Shown here: one piece after another, positions 46,627-55,965 of the stretch
Layout: each line of letters starts with the position of its first letter
Position numbering within the stretch: position 1 is the first letter of the stretch
From: Clostridia bacterium
GTDB taxonomy: Bacteria > Bacillota > DULZ01
Length of the DNA: 60,561 bases
Assembly (NCBI GenBank): GCA_012512955.1
Contig: JAAZDD010000072.1
Location: 1 to 60,561 of the forward strand
Reading direction: 5' to 3'
The notes under the pieces: model-generated
What the model saw: the letters and a program-made list of their open reading frames with translations, nothing else
Database searches by the model: none
Told to the model about the DNA's origin: nothing
Translations under genes and position numbers: made by a program

Positions 46627-46809
46627 TTGCTCACCCTTACATAATTGGAAACTGAAATGCATAGAAATAGATCCACCAACTGGGAAAAGTGAGGTGTATC
46701 TATGTGGAACTTTATGTAACAAACCGTTCCCTGATTTTTTACGGCACCTGTCGTGAATTAAATGAATGGCTGGCATCTTTTCCTGAAGAATGGACTCTGG
46801 AGCAAATGC

Positions 46810-47910
46810 TTAATTACCATCTGCATTGATGCCGCTGAACAAATCATAAGCTACTAAGCCGGAAGCCCAAGCAGCCCCGAAAAAAGCCGGATCCTCCCGA
46901 TAACAACGACCCATGGAACTCACTTGCAATCCATACCGGGACAACTCCTCCGATAAAGGTGCTGTGTTTTTTTCTGCGAAAACATATTTTTCTTCCAGCC
47001 CTGCTGCCTGGAGCTGGGCTTTCAACAGTCGATTTTCCGGAGGAGTCACCTTGGGAAGACCCACCCAACCGGTCCCTAAGATTACATTCTTTAGAATGGT
47101 CAGAGTGTGATGGCTTAATCCTTGATGCCTGGTTCTTGGGTCAGCAAAGGAGATCCGTGGGATTATTACCGGTCTGCCACCCAAGGCCAGTACGGCGTTT
47201 ACCACAGCCCCCTGTTCTATCCCCGAGAAACCGAATTTGGTGTTAGTACCGGCGATTCCGGGTCCCATGGCTACTACGATAATATCAGCTTTTAATACTG
47301 TTTTGGCCGCCAGTAGCCCCGAATAACAGTTGACGGCCTCCAAATCTCCGCCAAAGGCCTGTCCGACGGTCACAGTTCCCGCCAGCAGGTTTTTGTCTTT
47401 CAATAGTTGAACCTGAGTGCTGAAACTAATAGGCAATGCACCACCGTCAGTCATCAGGTAGGCTACCCGTAACCGGCCGTTGCTGATCCAGTTTAGGGCC
47501 AATACTGCCGGTGTTAGGTGACTGTGTAAAAGTCCTACCACTACCGGGGTACCTGCCAGGGAGGAGCTGTTTTCCAGCAGGGAATGATAAGGGCTTGCTT
47601 CCTCTTCCACGCTTAAGACACTGAATTGGAGGGGAGTATACCTGAGTTTCATGATATGCCCAGGACCCGGAGCTATTGGCTGGCCTGGCCGCGATTTATT
47701 ATAAAGAACGAAGTGACAGCCTCCCGTACCCAAGCCTAAATCGACGGCTGTCGTATTCAGGACCACCTGATCGCCCACACGGAGAGCAGGAGTAAAGGCA
47801 TGAAAACCGATAGCAATGCATTCTTCCCCTGACATCCGGACCAGCGCTTTGGTTGCTCCCTGGTTTTCTGCCATGATTTTGATTACTTCTCCCTCTGCTA
47901 AGTTGATCAT
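46810..47910 (-). CDS. Conserved hypothetical protein (probably DUF3866 family)
   Basis: 366 aa, soluble. An N-terminal beta-rich segment is followed by a Gly-rich nucleotide-binding-like region (VVAMGPGIAGTNTKFGFSG). The family call is from memory, not verified. Confidence 0.6.
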   Translation of the reverse strand: MINLAEGEVIKIMAENQGATKALVRMSGEECIAIGFHAFTPALRVGDQVVLNTTAVDLGLGTGGCHFVLYNKSRPGQPIAPGPGHIMKLRYTPLQFSVLSVEEEASPYHSLLENSSSLAGTPVVVGLLHSHLTPAVLALNWISNGRLRVAYLMTDGGALPISFSTQVQLLKDKNLLAGTVTVGQAFGGDLEAVNCYSGLLAAKTVLKADIIVVAMGPGIAGTNTKFGFSGIEQGAVVNAVLALGGRPVIIPRISFADPRTRHQGLSHHTLTILKNVILGTGWVGLPKVTPPENRLLKAQLQAAGLEEKYVFAEKNTAPLSEELSRYGLQVSSMGRCYREDPAFFGAAWASGLVAYDLFSGINADGN

Positions 47911-47934
47911 TACCGTCGCCTCACCGTTCCCTCC

Positions 47935-48741
47935 TTAATGTTCCGGTCGTCCCCACCGGTCCATGTATCTAAGTATGGGATATCGCTCGATCAACTCCGT
48001 GATGGAAAACTTTTCTGCATAAATCTGAATTCCTATCAAAACGACCAGGATGATCAGCTTTTCAGGCAACCCCCATAATGTTATTAAGGACAACCCTAAA
48101 ACAAATCCCAATAAATTGGCACCGGTATCTCCCAGCATTCCCCTGGCAGTTAAATCCCAGGGAAAATAGGCCACCATGGGCCCCAGAAGGGCCGGTAACC
48201 AAAAATGATCAACGGGAAAGAACCACAGGAATAAAACGGCTATAGCCAAAAATATTTTCAGGGTTCTTCCCGGACGCAAATCCAATAGATTAAAAAAATT
48301 GGTCAACAAAGCAATCAACAAAGTATTGATGATTAAATGTTCTGTTTCCCTTTCACCTAGAGACCAGGCGCCGCATAAAGCCAGCAGGCCGCCGACAGAA
48401 GCTTTAATGAAGCCTGTGGAAAAATGTCCTTCAGACAGTGCTTTCAGGTGACCTCTAAATCCCTTGTAATCTGGACTTCCTTTCAAATCATCCCAAAGAC
48501 CCAGGAGGGCCAATCCGAAGCAAAGAAAGAACACCGTCCAGGTTCCGGAAGTGGACCAAAGGCCATGGATGGCCACCAACGATAAGAAAACAGTGACGGG
48601 GATTAATCCTGCCGGAAAAGGAAGAAGAACTCCCTGGTAGTTTTCAGCTATTAAGCCCCCTCTTAACATCGCTCTCAGGCTCAATGGCAATACTGCTTTG
48701 GTAACCAGATATCCGGATAAGAGTAGAAACAAAGAACTCAT
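47935..48741 (-). CDS. Short MraY/WecA-like (glycosyltransferase family 4) polyprenyl-phosphate sugar-phosphate transferase homolog
   Basis: 268-aa polytopic membrane protein with GLWDDL, NFFNLLDLRPGR and GDTGANLLGF motifs. These resemble the GT4 DDxxD / NxxNxxDGxDG / GDxGS blocks. Confidence 0.65.
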   Translation of the reverse strand: MSSLFLLLSGYLVTKAVLPLSLRAMLRGGLIAENYQGVLLPFPAGLIPVTVFLSLVAIHGLWSTSGTWTVFFLCFGLALLGLWDDLKGSPDYKGFRGHLKALSEGHFSTGFIKASVGGLLALCGAWSLGERETEHLIINTLLIALLTNFFNLLDLRPGRTLKIFLAIAVLFLWFFPVDHFWLPALLGPMVAYFPWDLTARGMLGDTGANLLGFVLGLSLITLWGLPEKLIILVVLIGIQIYAEKFSITELIERYPILRYMDRWGRPEH

Positions 48742-49409
48742 TTTAACGCTTCTCCTGCCAGCACCCTCAAAATATGATGAAATTGCCTACCTCGATGCAA
48801 AAATCCTTTAAGATCCCGGCCGGTTTCCCGGTGGGACATGGCTAAATCCACCTCCACAATCCGGAAACCCTTTTGCAGGAGCCGGATGGTAGCGGCCACT
48901 TCTGCGCCATAACCATAGGCCAACGGAAAAATCGCTTCCAAGGCCCTGCGATTAAAGGCTCGTTGGCCGGAAAGAACTGCAGCGATTCTCTGACCTCCAT
49001 AATGCTGAACTCCCCAATGGGCTAATTTTTTAACTAAGCCGAACCCGCTCTTTTGCCGGGCTTTAGGAAACCGGGCAATGGCACAGTCAGCCTGCTCCAA
49101 CAAAATTGGTTCCCACAGCCGGGCTGCTTCCCGGGCAGTCTCCCCCAAATCGGCATCTAGGAACAGGATCACCTTCCCCCTAGCCAGCGCTGCTCCTATA
49201 TTCAAGGAAGCTCCTTTACCCAAATTCTCATGATTGGACCACACTGCTGCTCCGACGGCAGCGGCAACGGTTCCGGTGTCGTCAGTGGAACCGTCGTCAA
49301 TCACCAGGATCTCCAGGATCTCTTGAAAGTTCCTTAAAGCACCGACTGTTTCCCTGATCAGGAGGCTCTCATTGTAAGCAGGAATAACTACGGAAACAGG
49401 GGCAACCAA
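48738..49409 (-). CDS. Glycosyltransferase family 2 protein
   Basis: 223 aa. VVIPAYNES, DDGSTDDT and DAD motifs. There is a 4-nt overlap with the GT4-like gene. Confidence 0.8.
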   Translation of the reverse strand: MVAPVSVVIPAYNESLLIRETVGALRNFQEILEILVIDDGSTDDTGTVAAAVGAAVWSNHENLGKGASLNIGAALARGKVILFLDADLGETAREAARLWEPILLEQADCAIARFPKARQKSGFGLVKKLAHWGVQHYGGQRIAAVLSGQRAFNRRALEAIFPLAYGYGAEVAATIRLLQKGFRIVEVDLAMSHRETGRDLKGFLHRGRQFHHILRVLAGEALK

Positions 49410-49423
49410 CTAAAGACACCTCC

Positions 49424-50575
49424 TCAGAAGCCCAGGGCGAGTCTCATTCGCATCCATAACAACCGCATCAGTTGGTAGAAATGAGGATGGATCACGGTAA
49501 TTACGGTGATGGGTAATAAGGCGGCAGCAATCAGTTTAGCTACATAAGTACCTTTCAGTTTTTGCCGGTAAAGTTTATTGACGCCTTTAGCATCAACTAA
49601 TACGGTGCCTACTTTTAGTCTTACCAGGAAAGTACTGGCCATACCTTCTCGCCCTTTATTCAAAAAATCAATGAGATTGGTATGGGTACCCAAGGCAACA
49701 ATCAGTTCGGCACCGCTTTCAAATGCCAACAGCATGGCTGCATCCTCACTGGTCCCCGGCGCCGGCAGTTTATGATAAGGTAGATCCAGTTTCTTAACCC
49801 GCTCCTCACCGGGTGCCTTGCCGTTGGGATAGGCATGAACAATTATTTCCCTTCCCCACTGCAGTGCTCGATCAGAAATGCTGTCCATATCACCTAAAAT
49901 CAGATCAGGGCGAAATCCTTCTTCGATGAGCGCATCGGCACCGCCGTCCACACCGATGAGCGCCGGTTTAGCTTCTTTAATATAAGGGATGATAGCTTGC
50001 AAGTCTTCTTTATAATCTCGTCCCCGAACCACGATCAAAACATGCTTACCCTTGATCGGGGTTTTTAAAGGAGGGAGGACCAGGGGGGCAAAAATAAGCT
50101 TCATTTCCCTGAGAGCATAATCCAAGGTATTCAAAGCAAATTGTTCCAGCTGCCTGTTCAGGTTTTTCTCCGCCAATTTTAACTGTTTTGCCAGTTCTTG
50201 CCGGTTAAGCCTTCTTCCTAGGAAGATTTTTTGGGAAGTACGGACCTGATTGCCGGTCATTTCCACCCAGGTGCCATCCTCCGTCTCCATTATTTCCGGA
50301 CCTACCATGTCAACAATGGGAATACCGGCCGTCAATAACTTGCTGGGGCCTAGGGCCGGATACCGGCCTGAAAGTGACGGAGAGGCGTTAACCAATCCCT
50401 TAATCCGTTTTTCCAGTAAAGCGTCGGCGGCAATTTCATCCATGTCCATGTGATCCACAATGGCAATCTCGAAGGGCAAAATTTTCCGCACCAAATTCTT
50501 TGTCCGGGCATCCACCCGGCACCGTCCCTGAATGCCCACTTGTATCACCCTGGTTGTCTTTTTCTTCACTCTCAA
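49424..50575 (-). CDS. steA: SteA-like protein (thiamine pyrophosphokinase-like domain, C-terminal TM helix)
   Basis: GRCRVDARTKNLVRKI...IAIVDHMDMDEIAADALLE...LVNASPSLSGRYPALGP closely parallels actinobacterial SteA (Rv1697-type) as I recall it. It also has a GVDGGAD...GDMDS TPK-like motif. The start is uncertain: TTG 50575, or GTG 50539 after AGGGTGA. Confidence 0.75.
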   Translation of the reverse strand: MRVKKKTTRVIQVGIQGRCRVDARTKNLVRKILPFEIAIVDHMDMDEIAADALLEKRIKGLVNASPSLSGRYPALGPSKLLTAGIPIVDMVGPEIMETEDGTWVEMTGNQVRTSQKIFLGRRLNRQELAKQLKLAEKNLNRQLEQFALNTLDYALREMKLIFAPLVLPPLKTPIKGKHVLIVVRGRDYKEDLQAIIPYIKEAKPALIGVDGGADALIEEGFRPDLILGDMDSISDRALQWGREIIVHAYPNGKAPGEERVKKLDLPYHKLPAPGTSEDAAMLLAFESGAELIVALGTHTNLIDFLNKGREGMASTFLVRLKVGTVLVDAKGVNKLYRQKLKGTYVAKLIAAALLPITVITVIHPHFYQLMRLLWMRMRLALGF

Positions 50576-50657
50576 TTATTATGGTTATTTGAGGACAAAG
50601 AAATGCAAAAACCTGCGTAGCGGGAATCTGCACAAGCTCAGCTTGTTGACAAATAGC

Positions 50658-50769
50658 ATAAGGCTGTTAATGCTTTGCGGAACGGGCGTTGGGCCCCAGC
50701 TGTCGGCAGCTTGCTGCCGGTAACAGCGTAGGCCTTCCGCTTGAGCTGTGCAAACATTAACAGCCTTAT
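50658..50769. other. 112-nt rod-like imperfect inverted repeat (candidate structured RNA, unusual terminator or protein-binding palindrome)
   Basis: The outer arms ATAAGGCTGTTAATGcTTTGC (50658-50678) and GCAAACATTAACAGCCTTAT (50750-50769) pair over 20 bp with one bulge. Inner helices are GCGGAA/TTCCGC, GGCC/GGCC, GCTGT/ACAGC and CGGCAG/CTGCCG, capped by CTTG. The element lies in the 240-bp gap between spo0A and the SteA-like gene. Confidence 0.55.
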
Positions 50770-50815
50770 AAGAACGGTCAGAAATGGGACTTTGTCAATT
50801 TTCCTTTATCATTAA

Positions 50816-51580
50816 TTAACTGATTTTTGTTTGAATTCTGAGTTTATCAGCTATCATGGCGATAAATTCAGAATTAGTGGGTTTACCTCTTTCCACATTG
50901 ATGGTATAGCCGAAAAAGCGGTTCATCATCTCCACATTGCCCCGGTCCCAAGCCAACTCAATGGCGTGCCGGATGGCTCTTTCCACCCGGCTGGGGGTGG
51001 TTTGGTATTTTTCCGCAATCATAGGGTATAACTCTTTGGTGACGGCGCCAAGCAAACTAACATCATCAATGACTAAAATAATAGCATCCCTTAGGTACTG
51101 GTAACCCTTTATATGAGCAGGTACACCCATTTGATGAATTATTTTCGTGACTTCCACGTCCAGGTTCTTGATTTTAATGGTATTTTGCACCGCTTTGACA
51201 TGTCCTTTGGCTAATTGGCGAATCCGGGTGCCCAAAACCTCCAAATCAAACGGCTTTAAAATGTAGTAGTCAGCGCCCAGCTCTACAGTTCTTTTAGTCA
51301 TGAATTCCTGGCCCAATGTGGTCAGAATGATTACCTTGGGGCGGGCAGTCAATTCCATTGCGTTTAAACTTTCCAGCACTCCGATACCGTCCAAATGGGG
51401 CATAATAATGTCCAATACTACTACGTCCGGTTCCTTTTCCTGAATCAACTTGACCGCCTCTAAACCGTTGAAGGCCACACCTACCACTGAGAATTCCTGG
51501 TGTTCCATCAAATACTCCTGTAGAATTTCGCAGAATTCACGATTATCATCGACAATGAGTACATTAATTCTGTCTGCCAT
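50816..51580 (-). CDS. spo0A: Sporulation master response regulator Spo0A
   Basis: Receiver domain ([30 protein letters not shown]) plus a Spo0A-specific DNA-binding domain ([39 protein letters not shown]). The ORF is trimmed to ATG at 51580. Confidence 0.95.
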   Translation of the reverse strand: MADRINVLIVDDNREFCEILQEYLMEHQEFSVVGVAFNGLEAVKLIQEKEPDVVVLDIIMPHLDGIGVLESLNAMELTARPKVIILTTLGQEFMTKRTVELGADYYILKPFDLEVLGTRIRQLAKGHVKAVQNTIKIKNLDVEVTKIIHQMGVPAHIKGYQYLRDAIILVIDDVSLLGAVTKELYPMIAEKYQTTPSRVERAIRHAIELAWDRGNVEMMNRFFGYTINVERGKPTNSEFIAMIADKLRIQTKIS

Positions 51581-51703
51581 TAACTTGATCCCGCCTCTCC
51601 CTAAAAAATCAAGAATATCCTTTCCTGTTTTTATCATTTCGACGTGGGGAGTGTTATCTCCTTCCTTCTTATGGAAATTTATTCTCTTTTTATGGTGAAG
51701 CGA

Positions 51704-51730
51704 CAAAAAAAATCCGTCCGGTAAGGACGG
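51704..51730 (-). terminator. Rho-independent terminator after spoIVB
   Basis: Minus strand: CCGTCC-TTACC-GGACGG, then A and TTTTTTTT. It begins 2 nt after the spoIVB stop. Confidence 0.6.
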
Positions 51731-51732
51731 GA

Positions 51733-53058
51733 TTAAGCCGCTTCTTTGGCATATTCCATCAGGTCTGTTTCCGTCAACATCCATTCGGCTAAAATTCCAT
51801 AACCTCGTGACGGCTCATTCACCAACACATGGGTTACCGCTCCTACCAAATAACCATTTTGGATAATCGGGCTGCCACTCATTCCTTGAATGATCCCGCC
51901 TGTTACTTTCAATAAACGTGGATCGGTAATTTTAATGAGCAAATTCTTGCCGTTGGCTAACCGTTGGGGATTGATTTTTTCTATTTCGATACTAAAACGT
52001 TCGATTTTGTTGCCTTCAATAACCGTCAACATTTCTGCCGGCCCGACCTGGACTTGATGACCATAAGCTACAGGCAGGGGATTTCGATAAAAGTCATTTT
52101 TTATTGGTCTGTTTATAGTGCCAAAAATGCCATAATTGGTATTCTTCCGAATATCACCAAAAACCCCCTGAGACCCCTGAAAAGAACCTATTTTTTCCCC
52201 CGGTTGCCCCCGCCGGGCCTGGTGAATCCCTTGGATAGAAGCGTTAACTATTTTACCCTCCCCTGCACCAATCTGTCTATTTATTTCCACGTCTGCAATC
52301 ACATGGCCAAGGGCACCATAAACCTGAGTCTCGGGATGATAAAAAGTCAGGGTGCCTACCCCCGCAGCGCTGTCACGAATATATAAGCCGATGCGATAGC
52401 GATTGGTATCGTGGCATTTTACCGGTACCATGGCCAGTTTTTGCTTTAAGTTACCTCTTTTTATATCCAGAATAATGGGTTTGCCTTTGCGGCCCAGTTG
52501 ATCAATCAGGGTGGCCGTTTCTTCGTCGGTGGCGACAGGGGTACCGTTAACTGCTTCAATGGTATCTCCCACCATTAGCCCCGCCTGTTCCCCAGGCAGG
52601 TGCTCCTTGCCTTTCTCATCTTTAACAGGAGCAAAGCCGATTACGGTAACACCCTGGGTTTTTAACAAAATGCCAATGGCATGGCCACCGGGAATAAGTT
52701 CGATCCGGGGTTTAACATCTACATTAACATTTTTTACCGGAATTAAACCAAATAATTTCAATTTGAGATTTGCCTGTCCCGGCTTAGCTGCCATCGGCGC
52801 CATATCCGGTTGTAGGAAATTGGCTAAACTGTTGTGCTTTTCCTCAAAGGTAAGAACATCAATGGGATGGGCATCTATTTCTACTTGTAATGTATTGGTT
52901 AAATATGAAGGTAAGTTGAGATCGAGCCCTAATTGGTCTCCCACTCCAACTTGCAGCAAGGCCGGCAAGGAATAGAAACTTCTTAATTGAGGACTAAAAC
53001 TAATGAAAATAACCAAAACTGCCAATACTATGCCTATAATGGATCGTCGCTGGGGCAC
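51733..53058 (-). CDS. spoIVB: SpoIVB signalling serine peptidase (S55) with PDZ domain
   Basis: 441 aa. N-terminal TM segment, PDZ domain ([13 protein letters not shown]) and S55 catalytic region ([26 protein letters not shown]). GTG start. It lies adjacent to spo0A, as in Bacillus. Confidence 0.92.
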   Translation of the reverse strand: MPQRRSIIGIVLAVLVIFISFSPQLRSFYSLPALLQVGVGDQLGLDLNLPSYLTNTLQVEIDAHPIDVLTFEEKHNSLANFLQPDMAPMAAKPGQANLKLKLFGLIPVKNVNVDVKPRIELIPGGHAIGILLKTQGVTVIGFAPVKDEKGKEHLPGEQAGLMVGDTIEAVNGTPVATDEETATLIDQLGRKGKPIILDIKRGNLKQKLAMVPVKCHDTNRYRIGLYIRDSAAGVGTLTFYHPETQVYGALGHVIADVEINRQIGAGEGKIVNASIQGIHQARRGQPGEKIGSFQGSQGVFGDIRKNTNYGIFGTINRPIKNDFYRNPLPVAYGHQVQVGPAEMLTVIEGNKIERFSIEIEKINPQRLANGKNLLIKITDPRLLKVTGGIIQGMSGSPIIQNGYLVGAVTHVLVNEPSRGYGILAEWMLTETDLMEYAKEAA

Positions 53059-53142
53059 TGAAGATCACGCTCCTGGATTTGAAATGTTTTTGCTTCCCGT
53101 GTGTCCTTTTTAAAGTGTCCCGGCTTATCATTTTTATAATCG

Positions 53143-53181
53143 CAAAAACATCCCAAAGCCTTTTAGCCCCAACGGTTTGGG
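53143..53181 (-). terminator. Candidate terminator after recN
   Basis: Minus strand: CCCAAA...TTTGGG encloses an 18-nt loop region with additional pairing, followed by ATGTTTTTG. The geometry is imperfect. Confidence 0.35.
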
Positions 53182-53218
53182 CACTTTGAAATATTTGCAA
53201 AAAAAAATCAATTTAATT

Positions 53219-54910
53219 TTAAAAGTATTTTTCTTGGATGGCGTCTTCAATCAGTCTCTGGGCATGCTGTAAAGCGGTGGTATCTTCAGGTCCGCCACCT
53301 AACATCCGAGCCAACTCTTTTATTTTTTCCTGGCCTTCAATAGGCTTTATATTGGTAACAGTTCTTCCGTCAACCCCTACTTTGTAGAGAAGAAAATGAT
53401 AATCGCTGAAAGCGGCAATTTGCGGTGAATGGGTAATGCAGATGACCTGGCGGGATCCGGCAATTTGTCTTAGTTTCTGACCTACTTTAACGGCAGTCAG
53501 GCCTCCGATGCCGGAATCCGCTTCGTCAAACACCATTGTTTCCACTGATTCTACATCAGCCAGAATCGCTTTGAGAGCCAGCATTATTCTTGCCATTTCA
53601 CCGCCTGAGGCAATCCTCGCCAAGGGCTTTAAAGGTTCTCCCAAATTGGGGCTAATGTAGAATTCCATTTCATCCAAACCGGTGCTGCCCGGCTGGGGAC
53701 ATTGGGCGAAACGACATTGGAATTGTGCCGCCGGCATATCAAGATCACGTAGTGTTTCCTGTATCTCCTGTTCCAATTGTCTGGCGGCCTGTTTCCGCAT
53801 TTCAGTTAAGGCCAAAGCCCATCCTTCGTATTCCTTGGACAGCCGTTCCTTTTCTTGTTTCAGCAGTTTAATTTTTCCTTCCATCTGCTGTAATTCCTCA
53901 AGATCATGCTGCACTTGAACCTGATATGCCAAAATGTCCTTGACGGTGGCACCATATTTTCTCTTTAATCCTCCGATCAACTCCAGCCTTTGGACCACTT
54001 CTTCCAGTTCATTGGGGTCAAACTCTCCACCGGAAAGGTAATTCTGCAACTCCCGGGCCAGATCATCCAATTGGTAAAGGCAATTCTCCCCCAAGGCCAG
54101 AATATCTTTTAAGCTTTCATCAATGCTCACTAATTGCTCCAATAAAGCGATTCCTTGGCTCAGTTGATCATAAGCGGACGGTTGGTTCATACCTCTGAAG
54201 ATTAATTCATAGGCCTCTGAGGCACCGGTTAACAACTTTTCCCCGTTTTGCAGGATCTTTTTTCTTTGGAGCAGTTCTTCTTCTTCACCCTCCCGTAGCC
54301 GTGCCTGTTCGATTTCGGTTAACTGGAATTGACAGTAAGCAATCTGTTTCTCCCGCTCTCCCGGATCACCTGTTAATTCCTTTAGCTCCTGTTGAACTGT
54401 TTCCAGTTGCCGGTATGTTTCCTTCACCTGGTTTAATAGCTGCATTAGTTTTGCTCCGCCGCGCAAATCCAGCATTGACAACTGCTTTTCGGGAACCAGC
54501 AAAGACAGTTGCTCATTTTGACCATGGATATCAACCAAGAGGCGGCCTACCGTCTGAAACATATTTAAAGGAACTATCTTTCCGTTAATACGGCAATAGT
54601 TTTTGCCTGCTTTCGTAATCTCCCTGGAGAGCAGGAGACTGTTATCCTGCGATGATTCCTGGCCCAATTCACTTAATACACAGTTTATCTCCTCATGAGA
54701 GTAAGTAAAATAACCTTCCACCAGAGCCCGGTCCGCGCCGGTTCTGATATATTGAGCCGAGGCCCTTTCCCCTAAAAGGAGCCCCAATGCATCCACTACC
54801 AGGGATTTTCCTGCTCCCGTTTCCCCGGTCATGATGTTCAGACCGGGATGAAAATTGACGGTGACTTTTTCCACTAAGGCGAAATTCTCAATCCGAAGCT
54901 GTTCCAGCAC
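53219..54910 (-). CDS. recN: DNA repair protein RecN
   Basis: 563 aa. SMC-like architecture: Walker A GETGAGKS, a long coiled coil, the signature SGGEMARIMLA, and Walker B VFDEADSGIGG. Confidence 0.95.
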   Translation of the reverse strand: MLEQLRIENFALVEKVTVNFHPGLNIMTGETGAGKSLVVDALGLLLGERASAQYIRTGADRALVEGYFTYSHEEINCVLSELGQESSQDNSLLLSREITKAGKNYCRINGKIVPLNMFQTVGRLLVDIHGQNEQLSLLVPEKQLSMLDLRGGAKLMQLLNQVKETYRQLETVQQELKELTGDPGEREKQIAYCQFQLTEIEQARLREGEEEELLQRKKILQNGEKLLTGASEAYELIFRGMNQPSAYDQLSQGIALLEQLVSIDESLKDILALGENCLYQLDDLARELQNYLSGGEFDPNELEEVVQRLELIGGLKRKYGATVKDILAYQVQVQHDLEELQQMEGKIKLLKQEKERLSKEYEGWALALTEMRKQAARQLEQEIQETLRDLDMPAAQFQCRFAQCPQPGSTGLDEMEFYISPNLGEPLKPLARIASGGEMARIMLALKAILADVESVETMVFDEADSGIGGLTAVKVGQKLRQIAGSRQVICITHSPQIAAFSDYHFLLYKVGVDGRTVTNIKPIEGQEKIKELARMLGGGPEDTTALQHAQRLIEDAIQEKYF

Positions 54911-54923
54911 GGTAAAGCCCCCT

Positions 54924-55388
54924 CTACTCCAGCAGTTTGGTCAAAGTCCTGTAGATTTTTTCAACTGCCGACTTTGGCTTAACCACCACCATAATCGTAT
55001 CGTCTCCGGCCACTGTACCCAGTACCTCCTCCCATTCGGAATGGTCAAGACAGGCAGCTACCGCATGAGCATTTCCGGTTAAGGTGCGGATGACGATAAT
55101 GTTCTCGCTGTAATCCACCTTAACTACCGAATCCCTGAATACTTTGTGGAGCCTTGCTAAGGGGTTTGGTGTCCGGGTGTCAGCCGGAAGGGCATAACGG
55201 TACAGATTGCCTTCGGAAGGCACTTTAATTAGTCCTAATTCTTTAATATCTCTTGAAATAGTAGCTTGGGTTACTTTGAACCCCTTCTTGGCCAACGTCT
55301 TTACCAGTTCATCCTGGGTACAAATCACCTGTTGGGTAATAATATCTATAATTTTTCGTTGTCTTGCTTCCTTCAACGGTACCACCAC
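54924..55388 (-). CDS. argR: Arginine repressor
   Basis: 154 aa. Winged-helix N-terminus (RQRKIIDIITQQVICTQDELV, QATISRDIKELGL) and a C-terminal oligomerisation domain (GTVAGDDTI). Confidence 0.92.
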   Translation of the reverse strand: MVVPLKEARQRKIIDIITQQVICTQDELVKTLAKKGFKVTQATISRDIKELGLIKVPSEGNLYRYALPADTRTPNPLARLHKVFRDSVVKVDYSENIIVIRTLTGNAHAVAACLDHSEWEEVLGTVAGDDTIMVVVKPKSAVEKIYRTLTKLLE

Positions 55389-55395
55389 CTTACAG

Positions 55396-55965
55396 CTAAC
55401 CGTATTTTTGGATCCCTATATTAAAAGGCGCTTTTTCAGGACGATTTAAGAATTTCAGTTTGACCACCTGCCATTTTTCTTTCGGCAAGCGGACCAGAAA
55501 TTGCCTCAAACTTGTCCATTCTTCTTCGCCACCCGGATGTCCCGTATATACTGTTAACAGGATTAGTCCGCCTGATACCAACAAAGTCATTCCCCCCTTC
55601 AGGGCCTCAATGGTGGTTTCCGGACGGGTGATCACCCTTTTATCACCCCGGGGACGGTAGCCCAAGTTGAAAACCATAGCATTAATGGGCTCATTTACGT
55701 ATTCCAACAGTCTTTCATGTCCGGCGTGGATCAATTCTACCCTGTCTGCCAATCCCTGTTCTGTAATCCGGGCCCGGGTTTCCCGGAGGGCTTCCTCTTG
55801 AATGTCAAAAGCGTAAACCCGGCCGGTGGGACCGACTCTTCCCGCCAAAAAAACCGTATCATAACCGTTGCCGGCCGTAGCATCCACAGCCACCATGCCC
55901 TGGGTCAGATATGTTTGCAACCACCAATGGGAAACAGATACCGCATCCTTAAACAGGCTCATCAT
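55396..55965 (-). CDS. Class I SAM-dependent methyltransferase, YtqB/MnmM-like
   Basis: 189 aa. AVDATAGNGYDTVFLA SAM-binding motif, NLGYRPRGDK and TVYTGHPGG blocks, as in the B. subtilis YtqB family. Confidence 0.7.
   Translation of the reverse strand: MMSLFKDAVSVSHWWLQTYLTQGMVAVDATAGNGYDTVFLAGRVGPTGRVYAFDIQEEALRETRARITEQGLADRVELIHAGHERLLEYVNEPINAMVFNLGYRPRGDKRVITRPETTIEALKGGMTLLVSGGLILLTVYTGHPGGEEEWTSLRQFLVRLPKEKWQVVKLKFLNRPEKAPFNIGIQKYG

Noticed and set aside
50643-50757. 39-codon ORF (ATG at 50757, minus strand, MFAQLKRKAYAVTGSKLPTAGAQRPFRKALTALCYLSTS) running through the large hairpin
   Set aside because: It has only a weak AAGG upstream, and the start codon is buried in the 20-bp helix. 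The two-fold symmetry of the region explains the open frame. It is kept as an alternative hypothesis within the hairpin finding rather than annotated as a CDS.
51581-51732. Spo0A boxes upstream of spo0A and spoIIAA (for example TTCGACG at 51638-51644; CGGCGAA near 40787-40793)
   Set aside because: There are only single, imperfect matches to TGTCGAA (5-6 of 7). Such heptamers occur by chance at this frequency, so I do not report them as features.
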